From Candidatus Obscuribacteraceae bacterium (GTDB lineage Bacteria > Cyanobacteriota > Vampirovibrionia > Obscuribacterales > Obscuribacteraceae): a DNA stretch of 64,000 bases. Under the pieces are notes generated by a model. It did not search any database, was not told the origin of the DNA, and saw only the letters and a list, made by a program, of their open reading frames with translations. The position numbers and the translations under genes are program-made. Shown piece after piece: positions 50,884-61,635 of this stretch. Position 1 is the first letter of the stretch. Every line of letters starts with the position of its first letter. Location of the stretch: assembly GCA_044226015.1 (NCBI GenBank), contig JBGAHS010000004.1:704001-768000 (forward strand), given 5' to 3'.

Positions 50884-52656
50884 TTAAGGTTGGGCTACTA
50901 GCCCCAGAGGTCTGGCTGGACCGTAGAACGGCGCTATCGCTTCGCTGAGTGCACGCCCCTCGCAGAGAGATGGTGCGTTGATGTGCAAGAGTGACGCCAG
51001 TGTCGGAGCGATGTCTGCTGGGCTGCAGTCTTGTGCGTAGCGTCCTGACCTGATGCCCACACCCATCATGATGAGAGGCACTTGCGAGTCGTAACGATAA
51101 GGGCTGCCATGGCTGGTGCCGTTGGGTTCTCCGCTGTATATATATCCCGGTTTCGGTGTGATATATACGTCTCCGCTTCTGCTTGTGAAATAGTTCTTCT
51201 TCACAGCGTCGATGCTGGGCGAAGGTGGCATCTGTCCCATGTAAAACTGATATGCAGTGTAGACATCTCCGACGCCAGGCACTGATTCAGCGGCTTGTGC
51301 TGCGATGTCTTCAACGTCTTGCTTTCTGACTTTTTGTTTTGCAATGGTGTTTCGGTTGAAATAGAGGTTTGGTGGCTGGAATGATGCAATCCAATCATCA
51401 GGACCAAGCTTTTGATCTAGCTGTGATTCCAGAAGGGCTGTCATCGCTTTAGGGTCGATTCTGCCGGCGTCAAGTCCCTTATCTCTGAGAAATTCGGGAA
51501 TCGGCGCAACTCCGTGGTCACTGCTCATGACCACAAGGCACTTGTCCATTCCAACTTTTTGGTCCACATACTGAAATAGATTTGCGAGGGTTTGATCTAG
51601 CCTCAGCATCATGTCTTCGCTTTCTTGACTGTTTGGGCCGAAAGCATGACCAACAAAGTCGTTGGCAGAGAATGAAATTCCGAGCAAATCAGGGCTCTCG
51701 TGAGCTCCTAGATTCTCTTTCTCGATTGCGTCTTTTGCAAAATCTGCAAGCATTTGATTTGCAAATGGTGTCATCTGAAAGTTGGTGTAATAGGCTTCAT
51801 TTGGTGTCGATGCCCCACCTGTTATCTGGTGTGGGAATGAACGCCCGTCGGCTGGCATTGGGCGTTCGTAAGTGTAGTCATCTTTCGTTGACGCGTTATA
51901 CAAATTCTCTGGAAGAAGTCTTTGCCAGGGTTTGCCAAAATAGGCATCTGCATAACGCTTGTCGTTGAATGCAGCTACCCATCCCGGAAGTGTTCCACCG
52001 AATTGCGATGAGCTGACAAAATGTCCGTTTCTTTGATCGTACCAATAGGCTCCGTTAGCCATTCTTCCTGCAAGGAAAAGCGAGCCGCGATCTTTCAGCG
52101 AGCAGGCAATTACCTTGCTTCTTCCGTTTGTAGCAAGTCGCATTTCGTCGCCGATGCTGCTTCCTGCCATGCTGCGGCAGCTGGCGCCTGGTCCATTACC
52201 ACCGACCAACTGAACGGTATCATCTTCGGTGGCTTCAATTGCTTTCTCTTTTCTTTTGCTGTACCAGGTGTTTGAGATCACACCTGTTGCCCAGGGATAT
52301 GCGCCCGATGAAATGACTGAATGCCCAACTGCAGTAACCGTATTCGCCTGCTTGTACTTGCAATTTACGAAATTTGCTCCATTCTCCATCAAGTATCTGA
52401 AGCCACCATTGCCGAATCTATCGTTGAATCGGCTTAAATAGTCAAAGTTGAACTGATCAATAACAATCATCAGCACCAGTTTCGGTTGAACATTGATTGC
52501 TGATTGAGCAGTTGCTACCTGAGCGAAAGCTGTTGAGAGAGAGATGCTCGCAAGTAAAATTGAACTTGTTAGTTTTCGGAGAAACTTAGACGCGCTCAAA
52601 GCTGGCCTCCAATTTGGTCGGGAACGGACATACATATAATGATTTATGATTGACAA
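50884..52656 (-). CDS. Alkaline phosphatase superfamily protein (PafA/PhoK type)
   Basis: IVIDQF, TVTAVGH (Thr nucleophile), SLKDR, D.VGH.FGP, SSDHG, HGSPY.YD. Confidence 0.9.
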   Translation of the reverse strand: MSIINHYMYVRSRPNWRPALSASKFLRKLTSSILLASISLSTAFAQVATAQSAINVQPKLVLMIVIDQFNFDYLSRFNDRFGNGGFRYLMENGANFVNCKYKQANTVTAVGHSVISSGAYPWATGVISNTWYSKRKEKAIEATEDDTVQLVGGNGPGASCRSMAGSSIGDEMRLATNGRSKVIACSLKDRGSLFLAGRMANGAYWYDQRNGHFVSSSQFGGTLPGWVAAFNDKRYADAYFGKPWQRLLPENLYNASTKDDYTYERPMPADGRSFPHQITGGASTPNEAYYTNFQMTPFANQMLADFAKDAIEKENLGAHESPDLLGISFSANDFVGHAFGPNSQESEDMMLRLDQTLANLFQYVDQKVGMDKCLVVMSSDHGVAPIPEFLRDKGLDAGRIDPKAMTALLESQLDQKLGPDDWIASFQPPNLYFNRNTIAKQKVRKQDVEDIAAQAAESVPGVGDVYTAYQFYMGQMPPSPSIDAVKKNYFTSRSGDVYITPKPGYIYSGEPNGTSHGSPYRYDSQVPLIMMGVGIRSGRYAQDCSPADIAPTLASLLHINAPSLCEGRALSEAIAPFYGPARPLGLVAQP

Positions 52657-52790
52657 CTTCTCTGAGATTACTGATCCTTAATAAGCGCGCGTTTGTTGGT
52701 TTCTTGCTGATTCTGCATTGGTAATATGACAGAGTGCATTCTTAACATGCCAATAGTTGCGATTTATTTGAGCGGAAACCAAGACAGATA

Positions 52791-54089
52791 ATGGCCTTTT
52801 CAAGAAAAGTTCTAACAAGTTTATTGCTTGTGCACCTGGCGACTTTCTCGGTTGCAGTCCTTGCTGATGAAGAGAAAGACAATCATCAGGCTATGAACTC
52901 GGTGACAGAAATTTCGGCTCTTTCAACAGATCAATCTGTTATAAGGGCTGCAATTCCTCCTGTTATGGAGAAGTTAGCTGAAATTTTGCAAAAGAATCCC
53001 AAGAACTTCAGAGCTCATTTCTTGCTGGCTCGTTGTTATGAAAAGATGGGAATGGAAGAGCTTGCTAATGCTGAAGACGCGCTTGCAGAGCAAGGCGGAG
53101 AAGAGTACAAGCGCTTTATACTTTCTTGCTTGAAAGATCAGGTGCAGTTCAATCACTTCGATGCTGCCGTCGCCTACAACGTTTTTGCCGAGAAGTACTA
53201 TCCGAAAGACCCAACAGTTCTCATTACTAAAGCCTTTCAATTGCACAAAGAAGGCAAGCTTGATGAGGAAGAAAAAATTCTCAGTGGCGTTTTGTCAAAC
53301 CAAAAGCCCGAGCCCGGTGTTTACAGCGCCATTGCCTCGCTAAAAGTGAGAAAAGGCGATTACAAAACGGCAATTTCACTCTTCGACAAAGAGTTAGCTC
53401 TTTACCCAGAGTACGAACCTGCTTCACTCGGAAAAGCCAAAACTCTTGAGCTTATGCATCACTATAAGGAAGCTCTTGTTATAGCTACTCCCCTCTATTT
53501 GGAAGCCATTTTCCATTATGACCTTGCCACCCTAATGGCAGACTCATTCTTGCATCTCTCGATGTACTCCAATGCACTTGACCCGACTTTGGTGGCACTG
53601 GCGGTGGCACAAACTCCTGAGCAAATGAAACTTGCCAAAGAGCGAATTCGTTTCTTGTGGCCAAGATTGACGCCACAAGAGCGAACTGTGCAGTTAGATT
53701 CTGCAACTAAAATCATCGACAAAACCGCATTCGGTCCACGCCTTCATTTCGCCATTGGTGATGCTCTGGAGAAAGCTGGTTTGTACCACGAAGCGGAATT
53801 TCAATTCCGAAGCGGCTTGAAGCTAGAGCCAACGCATGCAAGTGCGTACCAGCATTTAGGCGAAATATATCAGCAGCAGTTTCACGATGATCGAACCGCT
53901 TTTGTTCTCTACACAAAGTATCTAGCCATTACGGATAGCCCTGCAATTCGAATGAAATGGCGCAGACTTTTGCAAATGAACAGCAAGCCGCCCGATCTTT
54001 CTCAGCTCATTAAGCGGCGATTCTTTTCAGCAAGCTCAGCACGGGTTGCCAGCCAATCTAAATCTGATTCGCCATCCGAACAAAAATAG
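52791..54089 (+). CDS. Secreted TPR protein, apparent paralog of 46281-47720
   Basis: Signal ending VLA-D; NPKNFRAHFLLARCY; D(K/R)T.(F/Y)...HF..G shared with the paralog. Confidence 0.8.
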   Translation: MAFSRKVLTSLLLVHLATFSVAVLADEEKDNHQAMNSVTEISALSTDQSVIRAAIPPVMEKLAEILQKNPKNFRAHFLLARCYEKMGMEELANAEDALAEQGGEEYKRFILSCLKDQVQFNHFDAAVAYNVFAEKYYPKDPTVLITKAFQLHKEGKLDEEEKILSGVLSNQKPEPGVYSAIASLKVRKGDYKTAISLFDKELALYPEYEPASLGKAKTLELMHHYKEALVIATPLYLEAIFHYDLATLMADSFLHLSMYSNALDPTLVALAVAQTPEQMKLAKERIRFLWPRLTPQERTVQLDSATKIIDKTAFGPRLHFAIGDALEKAGLYHEAEFQFRSGLKLEPTHASAYQHLGEIYQQQFHDDRTAFVLYTKYLAITDSPAIRMKWRRLLQMNSKPPDLSQLIKRRFFSASSARVASQSKSDSPSEQK

Positions 54090-54119
54090 CGCGTGCATGC
54101 CAGATTCATGCACTCAGGC

Positions 54120-54153
54120 AAAAAGAAAGGGACCACTTACGGTCCCTTTTCTT
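54120..54153. terminator. Bidirectional intrinsic terminator between convergent genes
   Basis: AAAGGGACC-ACTTAC-GGTCCCTTT flanked by A and T tracts. Confidence 0.8.
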
Positions 54154-54174
54154 AAACTCTATGATTGCCTGTTT

Positions 54175-54675
54175 CTACGGAGCAATCGACACAATCGGCT
54201 CAACATCTTTCGATTGGAAGTCCCATTTCGACGGAAGGAAGGGGAATGGTACTGGCAGTGTTACACGCATAGAGGTTATGCATGCCACCTGTCCGCTAGC
54301 TGGTGCGGGTGGGTTCTGGTTTCCTGTGATGGGTCCTGGCCACGTTCCGCCGCCAGAATCAGCTGTTCCAGTTGCGTTATAGCTGAACCCGGTAAGGAAG
54401 GAATCGCCCGATTTTCCTATGATAGAAGAGGAATTGAAGCTATCTGCCACTTGCTTAGCTGATTGGAAAGCCGATGGTGCATCTCCAGTGCCCGAACCAT
54501 TTACAGCACTTGCCGCGGCGCGGCATGAACTCTTGGCGAGATTATCGTTTGCCGTGTTGCACAACACAAGAACCGCGATGTCGAAAAGGAAAAGAACAAT
54601 CGGTACCAGAAACATGATGCCAACTACGGTTTCAATAATACTCTGTCCACGTTTGCGGTTTGACCTGGCAGTCAT
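54175..54675 (-). CDS. TadE-like pseudopilin
   Basis: RKRG|QSIIET followed by a hydrophobic helix; SD GGAG. Confidence 0.75.
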   Translation of the reverse strand: MTARSNRKRGQSIIETVVGIMFLVPIVLFLFDIAVLVLCNTANDNLAKSSCRAAASAVNGSGTGDAPSAFQSAKQVADSFNSSSIIGKSGDSFLTGFSYNATGTADSGGGTWPGPITGNQNPPAPASGQVACITSMRVTLPVPFPFLPSKWDFQSKDVEPIVSIAP

Positions 54676-54742
54676 GTTTGGAATCTCCAAAAAATTAGGG
54701 TTTACGTTTGTGACACCTTTGCTCGTCGCTGCGATGGCGGAC

Positions 54743-55198
54743 TTATTGGGTTACTTCGCGCGGGCGAGTGCTCTGAATAATGAATTTCATCGGAGCATTC
54801 ATGCCAGGGACAGTTCCCCACCAGGGGATGCTGATGAACGGAGTGGCGTTAATGTTCGAGGTGCAAGTCACCATCGGCTGCATACCGCCTGATGCTGGAG
54901 TATATTGAGCTGAGTGAACCATATCACTTTTGCTCTTAACCCCAATGAATGGGACGATGCCGCTAGAGAAGAGCGCATCATTGACCTCGTCGTAGACTTG
55001 GGATTCGTCGGCTTGTTTGCGGACCGAAAGTTCTCTACAAGCCATAAAATTGCAATACCAGCCTGCGCCGTAGGCGGCAGCAAGTCCCAGTACGTCCAGC
55101 ATTGGGAAGAAGATGATCACGATGAAAAGGAACATAGCCGGACCAAATTCGGTTATGGCACTTCCCTTCTTCCGGCGCATATTTGTCCGAGCATCCAT
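54743..55198 (-). CDS. TadE-like pseudopilin
   Basis: RRKKG|SAITEFGPA followed by a hydrophobic helix (Glu at +5). Confidence 0.75.
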   Translation of the reverse strand: MDARTNMRRKKGSAITEFGPAMFLFIVIIFFPMLDVLGLAAAYGAGWYCNFMACRELSVRKQADESQVYDEVNDALFSSGIVPFIGVKSKSDMVHSAQYTPASGGMQPMVTCTSNINATPFISIPWWGTVPGMNAPMKFIIQSTRPREVTQ

Positions 55199-55394
55199 CT
55201 TGGTTCCTCGCTGATTAGTAAAAGCGCGTTCCCCCGAACTAGCGCTATGGTTCTATTATACCCACGCAGCTCTACCTGCCAACAGGTAGGCTGCCGATGA
55301 TGCCTTTCGCATCATATTTGCTTCAAGTCTCTAAATCTTTATCTCACGGGGGCTTAGAGCTGGCATACCCAATGGATGTCGGATAAATATAGGG

Positions 55395-55868
55395 CTAGTT
55401 GCGCCCTTTCTCTTCCTGAGGTCTCTGAGAGCTGATGATGAAAGGGAAAGCGGCGTTAATACCGGGCACAGAACCCCACCAGGGAATACTGATGAAAGGT
55501 TTCACGATGCAGGTTGTGGTGCATTGAACGATATTTGGATTTGATTGGTTCGGAAAATACTGAATGTTTGAAACCTGTAAATCTCCAGGTTCCATCTTGA
55601 GGAATTTGAAGAAAGATGAGTCTTTGAACTGATTGTTTACTTTAGTAATTGCAGCAGCTTGAGTCTGAATCGCAGGGTCCGGCGTCACACCAGGCGGCGC
55701 TGACATTGCTATTTCTCGAATCATGTAATCATGGTAAATGCCGGACATAATGTAGCCAACGGCCATCTCCAGCAGGTCTAACATTGGAAAAAAGATGATA
55801 ACGAAAAGAAGGAACAGGGCTGGACCCGTTTCCGTAATTGCGCTTCCTCTAGAACGGCGTTGTAACAT
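55395..55868 (-). CDS. TadE-like pseudopilin, paralog of the neighbour
   Basis: RRSRG|SAITETGPA; shared PFISIPWWG.VPG.NA and RP.E. Confidence 0.75.
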   Translation of the reverse strand: MLQRRSRGSAITETGPALFLLFVIIFFPMLDLLEMAVGYIMSGIYHDYMIREIAMSAPPGVTPDPAIQTQAAAITKVNNQFKDSSFFKFLKMEPGDLQVSNIQYFPNQSNPNIVQCTTTCIVKPFISIPWWGSVPGINAAFPFIISSQRPQEEKGRN

Positions 55869-56061
55869 AGTTTCTTGACCTTTGTAACGGAACAAGCACT
55901 GATAGGATTATATCATTCAGGATTTTACTTGAATCTGTGTGAATTACCAGTGATTTCTTTTGCCTGGATGCGGACAAGATGACAGCAGCGGTAAATGATT
56001 GGTAAATAGTTTAAGATGTACTTGCGAAGTCCTGGTGTCGTTTTGCAAAGGAGTCAGTGTG

Positions 56062-56577
56062 ATGAAGTCGCTCAAACTAAGCCTTGTAGGTCTTCTTTTC
56101 TTTTCATTGCTGAATGTGAGTGCCATGGATGCGATGTCCGCGCCTGTTAAGGTGTCTAGTGAAACAAAGGCAGTGAGCAGTGCTCCTGTTGCAGAAGATA
56201 AAGACACCAAAACGAATTCAAATCAGAAACTTCACCGAGCCGATTTTCGTGTGACAGGTGCTAGCTGTGTAGCTTGTTTGCGAAGAATTGGCAAAACTCT
56301 CAGAGAACAGCATGGTGTTCTGAAAGCTGACATATCTATTTTCAAGCCTTACTGGGCAATTGTCGTTTATGATGCCAATGCCACCAACATGGACAAACTC
56401 TACGAGGTTGTTAAAGCTGAGAAAGTGAAGTTTGAGGAGATGGAAGACAAAGCGATTTCATCGCTTCCCTTGATTATCATTCCCAAAGGTATGGCACCAG
56501 CTCCGGGCGCCACGAGTAGCGCGCCGTCCAGCAGTGGAAATTCTGGCGCTACTAGCGGTGGCAGCTCAGTTCACTAG
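56062..56577 (+). CDS. Exported heavy-metal-associated (HMA) domain protein
   Basis: Signal peptide; FRVTGASCVAC...GVLKADI; SD AAGGAG. Confidence 0.8.
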   Translation: MKSLKLSLVGLLFFSLLNVSAMDAMSAPVKVSSETKAVSSAPVAEDKDTKTNSNQKLHRADFRVTGASCVACLRRIGKTLREQHGVLKADISIFKPYWAIVVYDANATNMDKLYEVVKAEKVKFEEMEDKAISSLPLIIIPKGMAPAPGATSSAPSSSGNSGATSGGSSVH

Positions 56578-56629
56578 CTTCTTTTGCCAGCTTGAAAATA
56601 AAGATTTCTATCAGAGCGGAAAGTCAGGT

Positions 56630-57487
56630 TCAGGCTTTGCTTGCCAGGCTCTGGCTGCTTCCTGCCTCAACCATGCTCTGCACATACGCTTGAAGTTCGT
56701 CCAGTGTCGATTTTTCCATCCTTATAGAGTTAATCCACTCAATTATTTTGCTGCCGGTAATCACAGCTGAAGCATTTATGGCGTACATTTTCTTTGCTTG
56801 CTCTGGAGTTGAGACCCCAAAGCCAACAGCTACAGGCAGCTTAATCTTCTCGCTGGCTTTCCTTATCAATTCTGAGAGCTGACTGTCGTATCGCTCTTCC
56901 ACTCCCGTTGTGCCGAGTCGTGAGACAGCATAGAGAAAACCACCAGCTCGTTTAGCTATGAGGTTCAGTCTCTCTTCAGTTGTTAAAGGCGAAATTATAA
57001 AGATCAATTGCAGTCCATTATTCTTCGCTTGAATCAAAAGGTTGTTTTTTTCGTCGTTGGGCTGCGCGTCCATTAATAATTCATCTGGAGGCAAATCAAC
57101 TATTAAAAGCCCATCTACTCCAGCCTCTGCAGCGTTCTTGCAAAATTCTTCCGCACCATGAGCGAGAACTGAATTGTAGTAACACATGAGAGTGATGGGA
57201 ATGGTTTCGCTTATTTTGCGAACTCGACTTATTAACTCGAATGCTGTCTGGGTTTTGAATCCAGATTCAATGGTTTCTGCTGAAGCCTGCTGTATCACAG
57301 GTCCATCCGCCAGCGGATCTGAGAAAGCCAGGCCAAGTTCGAGTGCTGCAGCCCCGCCTTTTATCATTCGTTCCATAGCCTGAAATGACAATTCAACGTT
57401 TGGGTAGCCCAACAATGTATAAGGAATGAACGCCTTCTTCGCGGACAACTTTAGCTCGGCGAACAGTTTGTCATATCTATTTTCCAT
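56630..57487 (-). CDS. trpA: Tryptophan synthase alpha chain
   Basis: [40 protein letters not shown]. Confidence 0.97.
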   Translation of the reverse strand: MENRYDKLFAELKLSAKKAFIPYTLLGYPNVELSFQAMERMIKGGAAALELGLAFSDPLADGPVIQQASAETIESGFKTQTAFELISRVRKISETIPITLMCYYNSVLAHGAEEFCKNAAEAGVDGLLIVDLPPDELLMDAQPNDEKNNLLIQAKNNGLQLIFIISPLTTEERLNLIAKRAGGFLYAVSRLGTTGVEERYDSQLSELIRKASEKIKLPVAVGFGVSTPEQAKKMYAINASAVITGSKIIEWINSIRMEKSTLDELQAYVQSMVEAGSSQSLASKA

Positions 57488-58646
57488 AATTCATCACCTG
57501 TTCTAAATCTTTGTCTCCACGACCAGATACGTTGATCAAAATGTCTTTATTTGCGCCCTCTGCAGCTGCTAATTTTTTTGCATAAGCAATCGCATGCGAG
57601 CTTTCCAGTGCTGGAATGATGCCTTCCTTGCATGAAAGCTCGTGGTAAGCGGCTATAGCTTCGTCGTCAGTTACAGAAGAGTAAAACGCTCGACCGCTTT
57701 GTTGAAGGTAAGCGTGTTCAGGACCAACAGAGGGATAGTCCAGACCAGCTGCAATGCTGTAGGTCTCATGGATTTGACCATCTTCGTCTTGCAATACTTT
57801 ACTAATCATTCCGTGGAGGCACCCGTCAGTACCTTTGGACAAAACAGCGCCGTGATGGCTCGAGTCCAGTCCTCGTCCGGCTGGCTCGACCCCAATGAGT
57901 TTTACTTCGAGGTCATCGATGAATCCATTGAATATACCGATTGCATTAGAACCTCCTCCAACACAAGCCACTACATAATTGGGGAGGAGTTGGTAATCAT
58001 TCAGCATCTGAGTTCTTGCTTCTTCTCCGACAATCGATTGGAAAAATTTGACGATTGTGGGAAACGGGTGAGGACCCGCAGCCGTTCCAAGCAAATAATG
58101 TGTGTCTCGCACTGAAGCAATCCAGTCTCTCATCGCTGCGTTGATCGCATCCTTCAGTGTCTTGCCGCCTGTGCTGACAGGATGAACCGTAGCACCGAGA
58201 AGTTTCATGCGCATCACATTGGCATGTTGACGCTGCATATCTACTTCCCCCATATAGACCTCGGTTTTCATGCCCAGCAGGGCTCCAGCCATTGCAGTAG
58301 CGACGCCATGCTGTCCTGCACCGGTCTCAGCTATGATGCGAGTCTTGCCAATTTCGCGGGCAAGGAGAGCCTGTCCGATGGCATTGTTTGTTTTGTGAGC
58401 GCCACCATGCAGCAGGTCTTCTCTCTTAAGGTAGATATTTGCACCCCAGCTGCGAGATAGGTTGCTGGCGAAAGAAACCGGGGTGGGGCGCCCAGCATAA
58501 TCGCGCATGACCGATTTGAATTTCTCGTTGAATAGATTGTCCATCTGCAGTTTCACAAATGCAGATTCAAGTTCTTCCAGGGCTGGCATGAGAGTTTCGG
58601 GGGCGTAAATGCCGCCATATTTGCCGAACCTTCCTGTTTTGAGCAT
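57477..58646 (-). CDS. trpB: Tryptophan synthase beta chain
   Basis: [42 protein letters not shown]. Confidence 0.99.
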   Translation of the reverse strand: MLKTGRFGKYGGIYAPETLMPALEELESAFVKLQMDNLFNEKFKSVMRDYAGRPTPVSFASNLSRSWGANIYLKREDLLHGGAHKTNNAIGQALLAREIGKTRIIAETGAGQHGVATAMAGALLGMKTEVYMGEVDMQRQHANVMRMKLLGATVHPVSTGGKTLKDAINAAMRDWIASVRDTHYLLGTAAGPHPFPTIVKFFQSIVGEEARTQMLNDYQLLPNYVVACVGGGSNAIGIFNGFIDDLEVKLIGVEPAGRGLDSSHHGAVLSKGTDGCLHGMISKVLQDEDGQIHETYSIAAGLDYPSVGPEHAYLQQSGRAFYSSVTDDEAIAAYHELSCKEGIIPALESSHAIAYAKKLAAAEGANKDILINVSGRGDKDLEQVMNYGK

Positions 58647-58648
58647 TT

Positions 58649-59254
58649 CTAATTTCCTCTTGCTGCTGCCAAAAAATTTTCGAGTTTAACGTGGTCCTTA
58701 ACGCCGGGGCTCGACTCAACACCAGATGCGGTATCAACACCATAAGGGTCTATGCTCAAGGCTAAGTTCAGATTCTCTGAATTAAGCCCACCGGCTAGAA
58801 AAAAAGGTCGCCATCGTTCTAAATATTCTTTGTGCTCTTTGACAGTTTTTTCGAGCCATAGCTTATCGTCGGATTTTGATTTGGGGCGGTCAAATAAGAA
58901 CGCGTGTACAAGGTACTCCGAAAGATCTGGCGTTGAGTTCTGATCGAGTTCAACAGCCTTGATTATTGGAGCGGTTATAGCTTTGCAATAATCAGGCGAT
59001 TCGGAGCCATGTAACTGGACGAAATCGAGTCTCAACGCGTCGGCGATATCATTTACGACTTGCAAGTCCTGGTCTTTAAACACTCCCACAATTCTGGCGC
59101 TGCTTCCGATACGCTTGCGAATTTGGCGTGCATCAGCCTGATCGATTTTTCTTGGGCTTTCAGCAAAGATAAATCCCAGATACTCAGCACCAAGCTCTAC
59201 AGCCCTTTCCGCATCTGCTAAGGAGCGAATTCCACATATTTTTACGACAGGCAT
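58649..59254 (-). CDS. trpF: Phosphoribosylanthranilate isomerase
   Basis: [30 protein letters not shown]. Confidence 0.96.
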   Translation of the reverse strand: MPVVKICGIRSLADAERAVELGAEYLGFIFAESPRKIDQADARQIRKRIGSSARIVGVFKDQDLQVVNDIADALRLDFVQLHGSESPDYCKAITAPIIKAVELDQNSTPDLSEYLVHAFLFDRPKSKSDDKLWLEKTVKEHKEYLERWRPFFLAGGLNSENLNLALSIDPYGVDTASGVESSPGVKDHVKLENFLAAARGN

Positions 59255-60057
59255 TTCGATTCCTTCTTACTGCTCAAAAATCTTCTCTCTGCTTCCATAA
59301 ATTCTTCAAACTTTGTCTCGGGATTTTTTGTTTTCATTAAGGCCGAACCAATCAGAAAGCGAGAAGCATAAGGTCTCAGGTGCAGGAAATCAGATGCGTT
59401 TTCTACGCCACTGGCGGCGATAACAATCGCATCCGAATTTATGTATTTCACCAGCTGGCTCACAGTGTTTAAATCGATTTTGAGATCATCCAGGTTTCTG
59501 TTATTGATCAGGATGACCTTGGGAGAGACAGCAGATTGTACGAATTCAATTTCTTCTTTTGTTTGAACTTCCACTACAGGAGTCATTCTTAATTCCTGGC
59601 AGGTAGAGTAGAGTCTTTTCAGCTTTTGCTCATCGAGAATCTTGGCGATGAGCAAAGCTGCCTGTGCTCCTGCTGCACGCCCTTCGAAAATCTGGTATTC
59701 ATCGATGACAAAGTCCTTCAAAAGCGTTGGAGCTTTGGTTTTTCTGGACACATCTTTCAACAAATCGATGCTGCCTCCGAAATATTTTTCGTCGCAAAGC
59801 ACTGAAATAGCTTGAGCGTGTTTTTCATAGCAAAGCAGCCTGCTATCGAAATCATTGCTTCTGTCCAAATCGCCCAGCGCTGGCGAGCGTGGCTTCAATT
59901 CTGCTATCAATTTGAGCCCATTGCCTTCCAGAACTTTTGCAAATGATTCTTCACCCACTTGCAAACTGCCTTTGAGCGCAGAGATAGAGAGCTGATTTTT
60001 CTTAGCTTCTATTTCGGAAGTCTTGTGTGCCACCACTTCAGCTAGAAAGCTGACCAT
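59242..60057 (-). CDS. trpC: Indole-3-glycerol phosphate synthase
   Basis: IAELKPRSP, ISVL.D..YFGG, KDFVID.YQ, INNRNL, LIGSALM; SD GGAGG before ATG 60057. Confidence 0.95.
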   Translation of the reverse strand: MVSFLAEVVAHKTSEIEAKKNQLSISALKGSLQVGEESFAKVLEGNGLKLIAELKPRSPALGDLDRSNDFDSRLLCYEKHAQAISVLCDEKYFGGSIDLLKDVSRKTKAPTLLKDFVIDEYQIFEGRAAGAQAALLIAKILDEQKLKRLYSTCQELRMTPVVEVQTKEEIEFVQSAVSPKVILINNRNLDDLKIDLNTVSQLVKYINSDAIVIAASGVENASDFLHLRPYASRFLIGSALMKTKNPETKFEEFMEAERRFLSSKKESKCLS

Positions 60058-61048
60058 AAAACCTCCTGCAAGTTTGAAATTGCTCGTAGACGGCTCTTGA
60101 TGCAATTAACTCTGCTGCCAGAGCGATGCCTTCGTCGATTGAGTTCGCTGCTTTCAAAAGATGCAGCGCGGCCCCAGAGTTGAGAACTATCATTTTGTAA
60201 GCGTGAGAACTGCTGTCTTCACCCTTGATGATTCGCATGAAACTCTCGGCGTTTGATTTGGCATCGAAACAGGCTGTGACTTGCTTCTGAGAAGGTTTTG
60301 AGAAAAGTGCTAAGGACAGTTTCTCAGGATGAATTTGATATTCAGATAAGACAGCGTTATCAATGAAGCTAACGTCGCTTGCTGTGTCTATGCAAATTTC
60401 GTCGAGTTTTCCTCCGCCTGTCACGAGCATTGCTCGATTGATGCGTGGATTACTCTGCAGATGCGTAGCGATGCATTTTCTCATGAAGTCTGAAGAGACA
60501 CCCATCATTCGATTGCCTGGGTGCACCGGGTTCAGCAATGGTCCGATGAAATTCAATACGGTTGGAACTCCATGCTTTTTGCGCAGTGGTGCCAGTCGCC
60601 GCAAATGAGGATAGACCGATGGCGCAAATATCAACGCGAGCCCACAAACCGAAATAGCATCAGCCACTCTCTGCAAAGGCAGGTCTGCTGGAAAACCGAG
60701 GCAATCAAGGAAATCAAAGCTGCCCGATTTACCGCTTGCTGCTCTCGAGCCAAATTTTGCTACCTTGAAGTCTGCTGCTGAAAGAACGAAAGCGACGCTT
60801 GTTGAGGTGTTGAAGTGTTCAATTCCACTGCCACCGGTGCCAGAGCAGTCTATCGAAAAGCGCCCCAACTCGTACAGCTCAAGCGCGAGGTCAGGGTGAA
60901 TGTCAGCCGTTAGCGAGATACGATTGACCGCTGTGTCCAGAACATCTTGCTTTAAGCTCTCAATGCCCAGATTTGAGAGAGCTGCCAGTATTTCGCTTTC
61001 TGATGCATCAGGGTTGAGTATTTTGTCTATTTCACTGGTTCCTAGCAT
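60038..61048 (-). CDS. trpD: Anthranilate phosphoribosyltransferase (divergent)
   Basis: DCSGTGG, FNTST, SGSFD.L, R...G.PTV.N..GPL.NP, LDE; operon position. Confidence 0.9.
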   Translation of the reverse strand: MLGTSEIDKILNPDASESEILAALSNLGIESLKQDVLDTAVNRISLTADIHPDLALELYELGRFSIDCSGTGGSGIEHFNTSTSVAFVLSAADFKVAKFGSRAASGKSGSFDFLDCLGFPADLPLQRVADAISVCGLALIFAPSVYPHLRRLAPLRKKHGVPTVLNFIGPLLNPVHPGNRMMGVSSDFMRKCIATHLQSNPRINRAMLVTGGGKLDEICIDTASDVSFIDNAVLSEYQIHPEKLSLALFSKPSQKQVTACFDAKSNAESFMRIIKGEDSSSHAYKMIVLNSGAALHLLKAANSIDEGIALAAELIASRAVYEQFQTCRRFYGQLSS

Positions 61049-61635
61049 AACGAAACGTAATTCTCCAGTATTTTGATGCCGACGCCGGTTCCAACAGACT
61101 CAGGGTGGAACTGCACCCCGAAGAGCTTGCGACTTTTGTTTTGCACCGCCATTATGGTTTTGTCCGGAGTTTCAAGCTCTGCAACAACCTCAAGTTTGGC
61201 GGGAAGCGAACTTCTCTCTGCGATGAGAGAATGGTAGCGCATAACTTTTATACCCGAATCCAATCCCTTAAACAGTGGGCATTCGCTGACAAGATTAATA
61301 GCGCTCATTTTTCCATGAACTGGTTCTTGAGCCCTGATAACATTGCCGCCACTATGTTGAACAATGCCCTGGTGACCCAAGCAAACTCCGAGTATCACAC
61401 TATCCATTTCTTCAGCTGACTCTATAACCTGTTTGCATATACCAAAATCACGCGCGTTAGCAGGATGACCAGGTCCAGGCGATAGGACGATACCGTCGGG
61501 TTTGAGTTGCTTGATTTCTTTTAGACCTAATTCGTTGTTTCGCTTTACGATAACTTTGGCTGCCAGCATCGATAGCATTTGATACAGGTTGAATGTAAAC
61601 GAGTCAAAATTGTCTATTATCAAAATACTGCTCAT
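61042..61635 (-). CDS. trpG: Anthranilate synthase component II
   Basis: IDNFDSFTFNL, SPGPG, GVCLGHQ, RYHSL, QFHPES. Confidence 0.96.
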   Translation of the reverse strand: MSSILIIDNFDSFTFNLYQMLSMLAAKVIVKRNNELGLKEIKQLKPDGIVLSPGPGHPANARDFGICKQVIESAEEMDSVILGVCLGHQGIVQHSGGNVIRAQEPVHGKMSAINLVSECPLFKGLDSGIKVMRYHSLIAERSSLPAKLEVVAELETPDKTIMAVQNKSRKLFGVQFHPESVGTGVGIKILENYVSLC

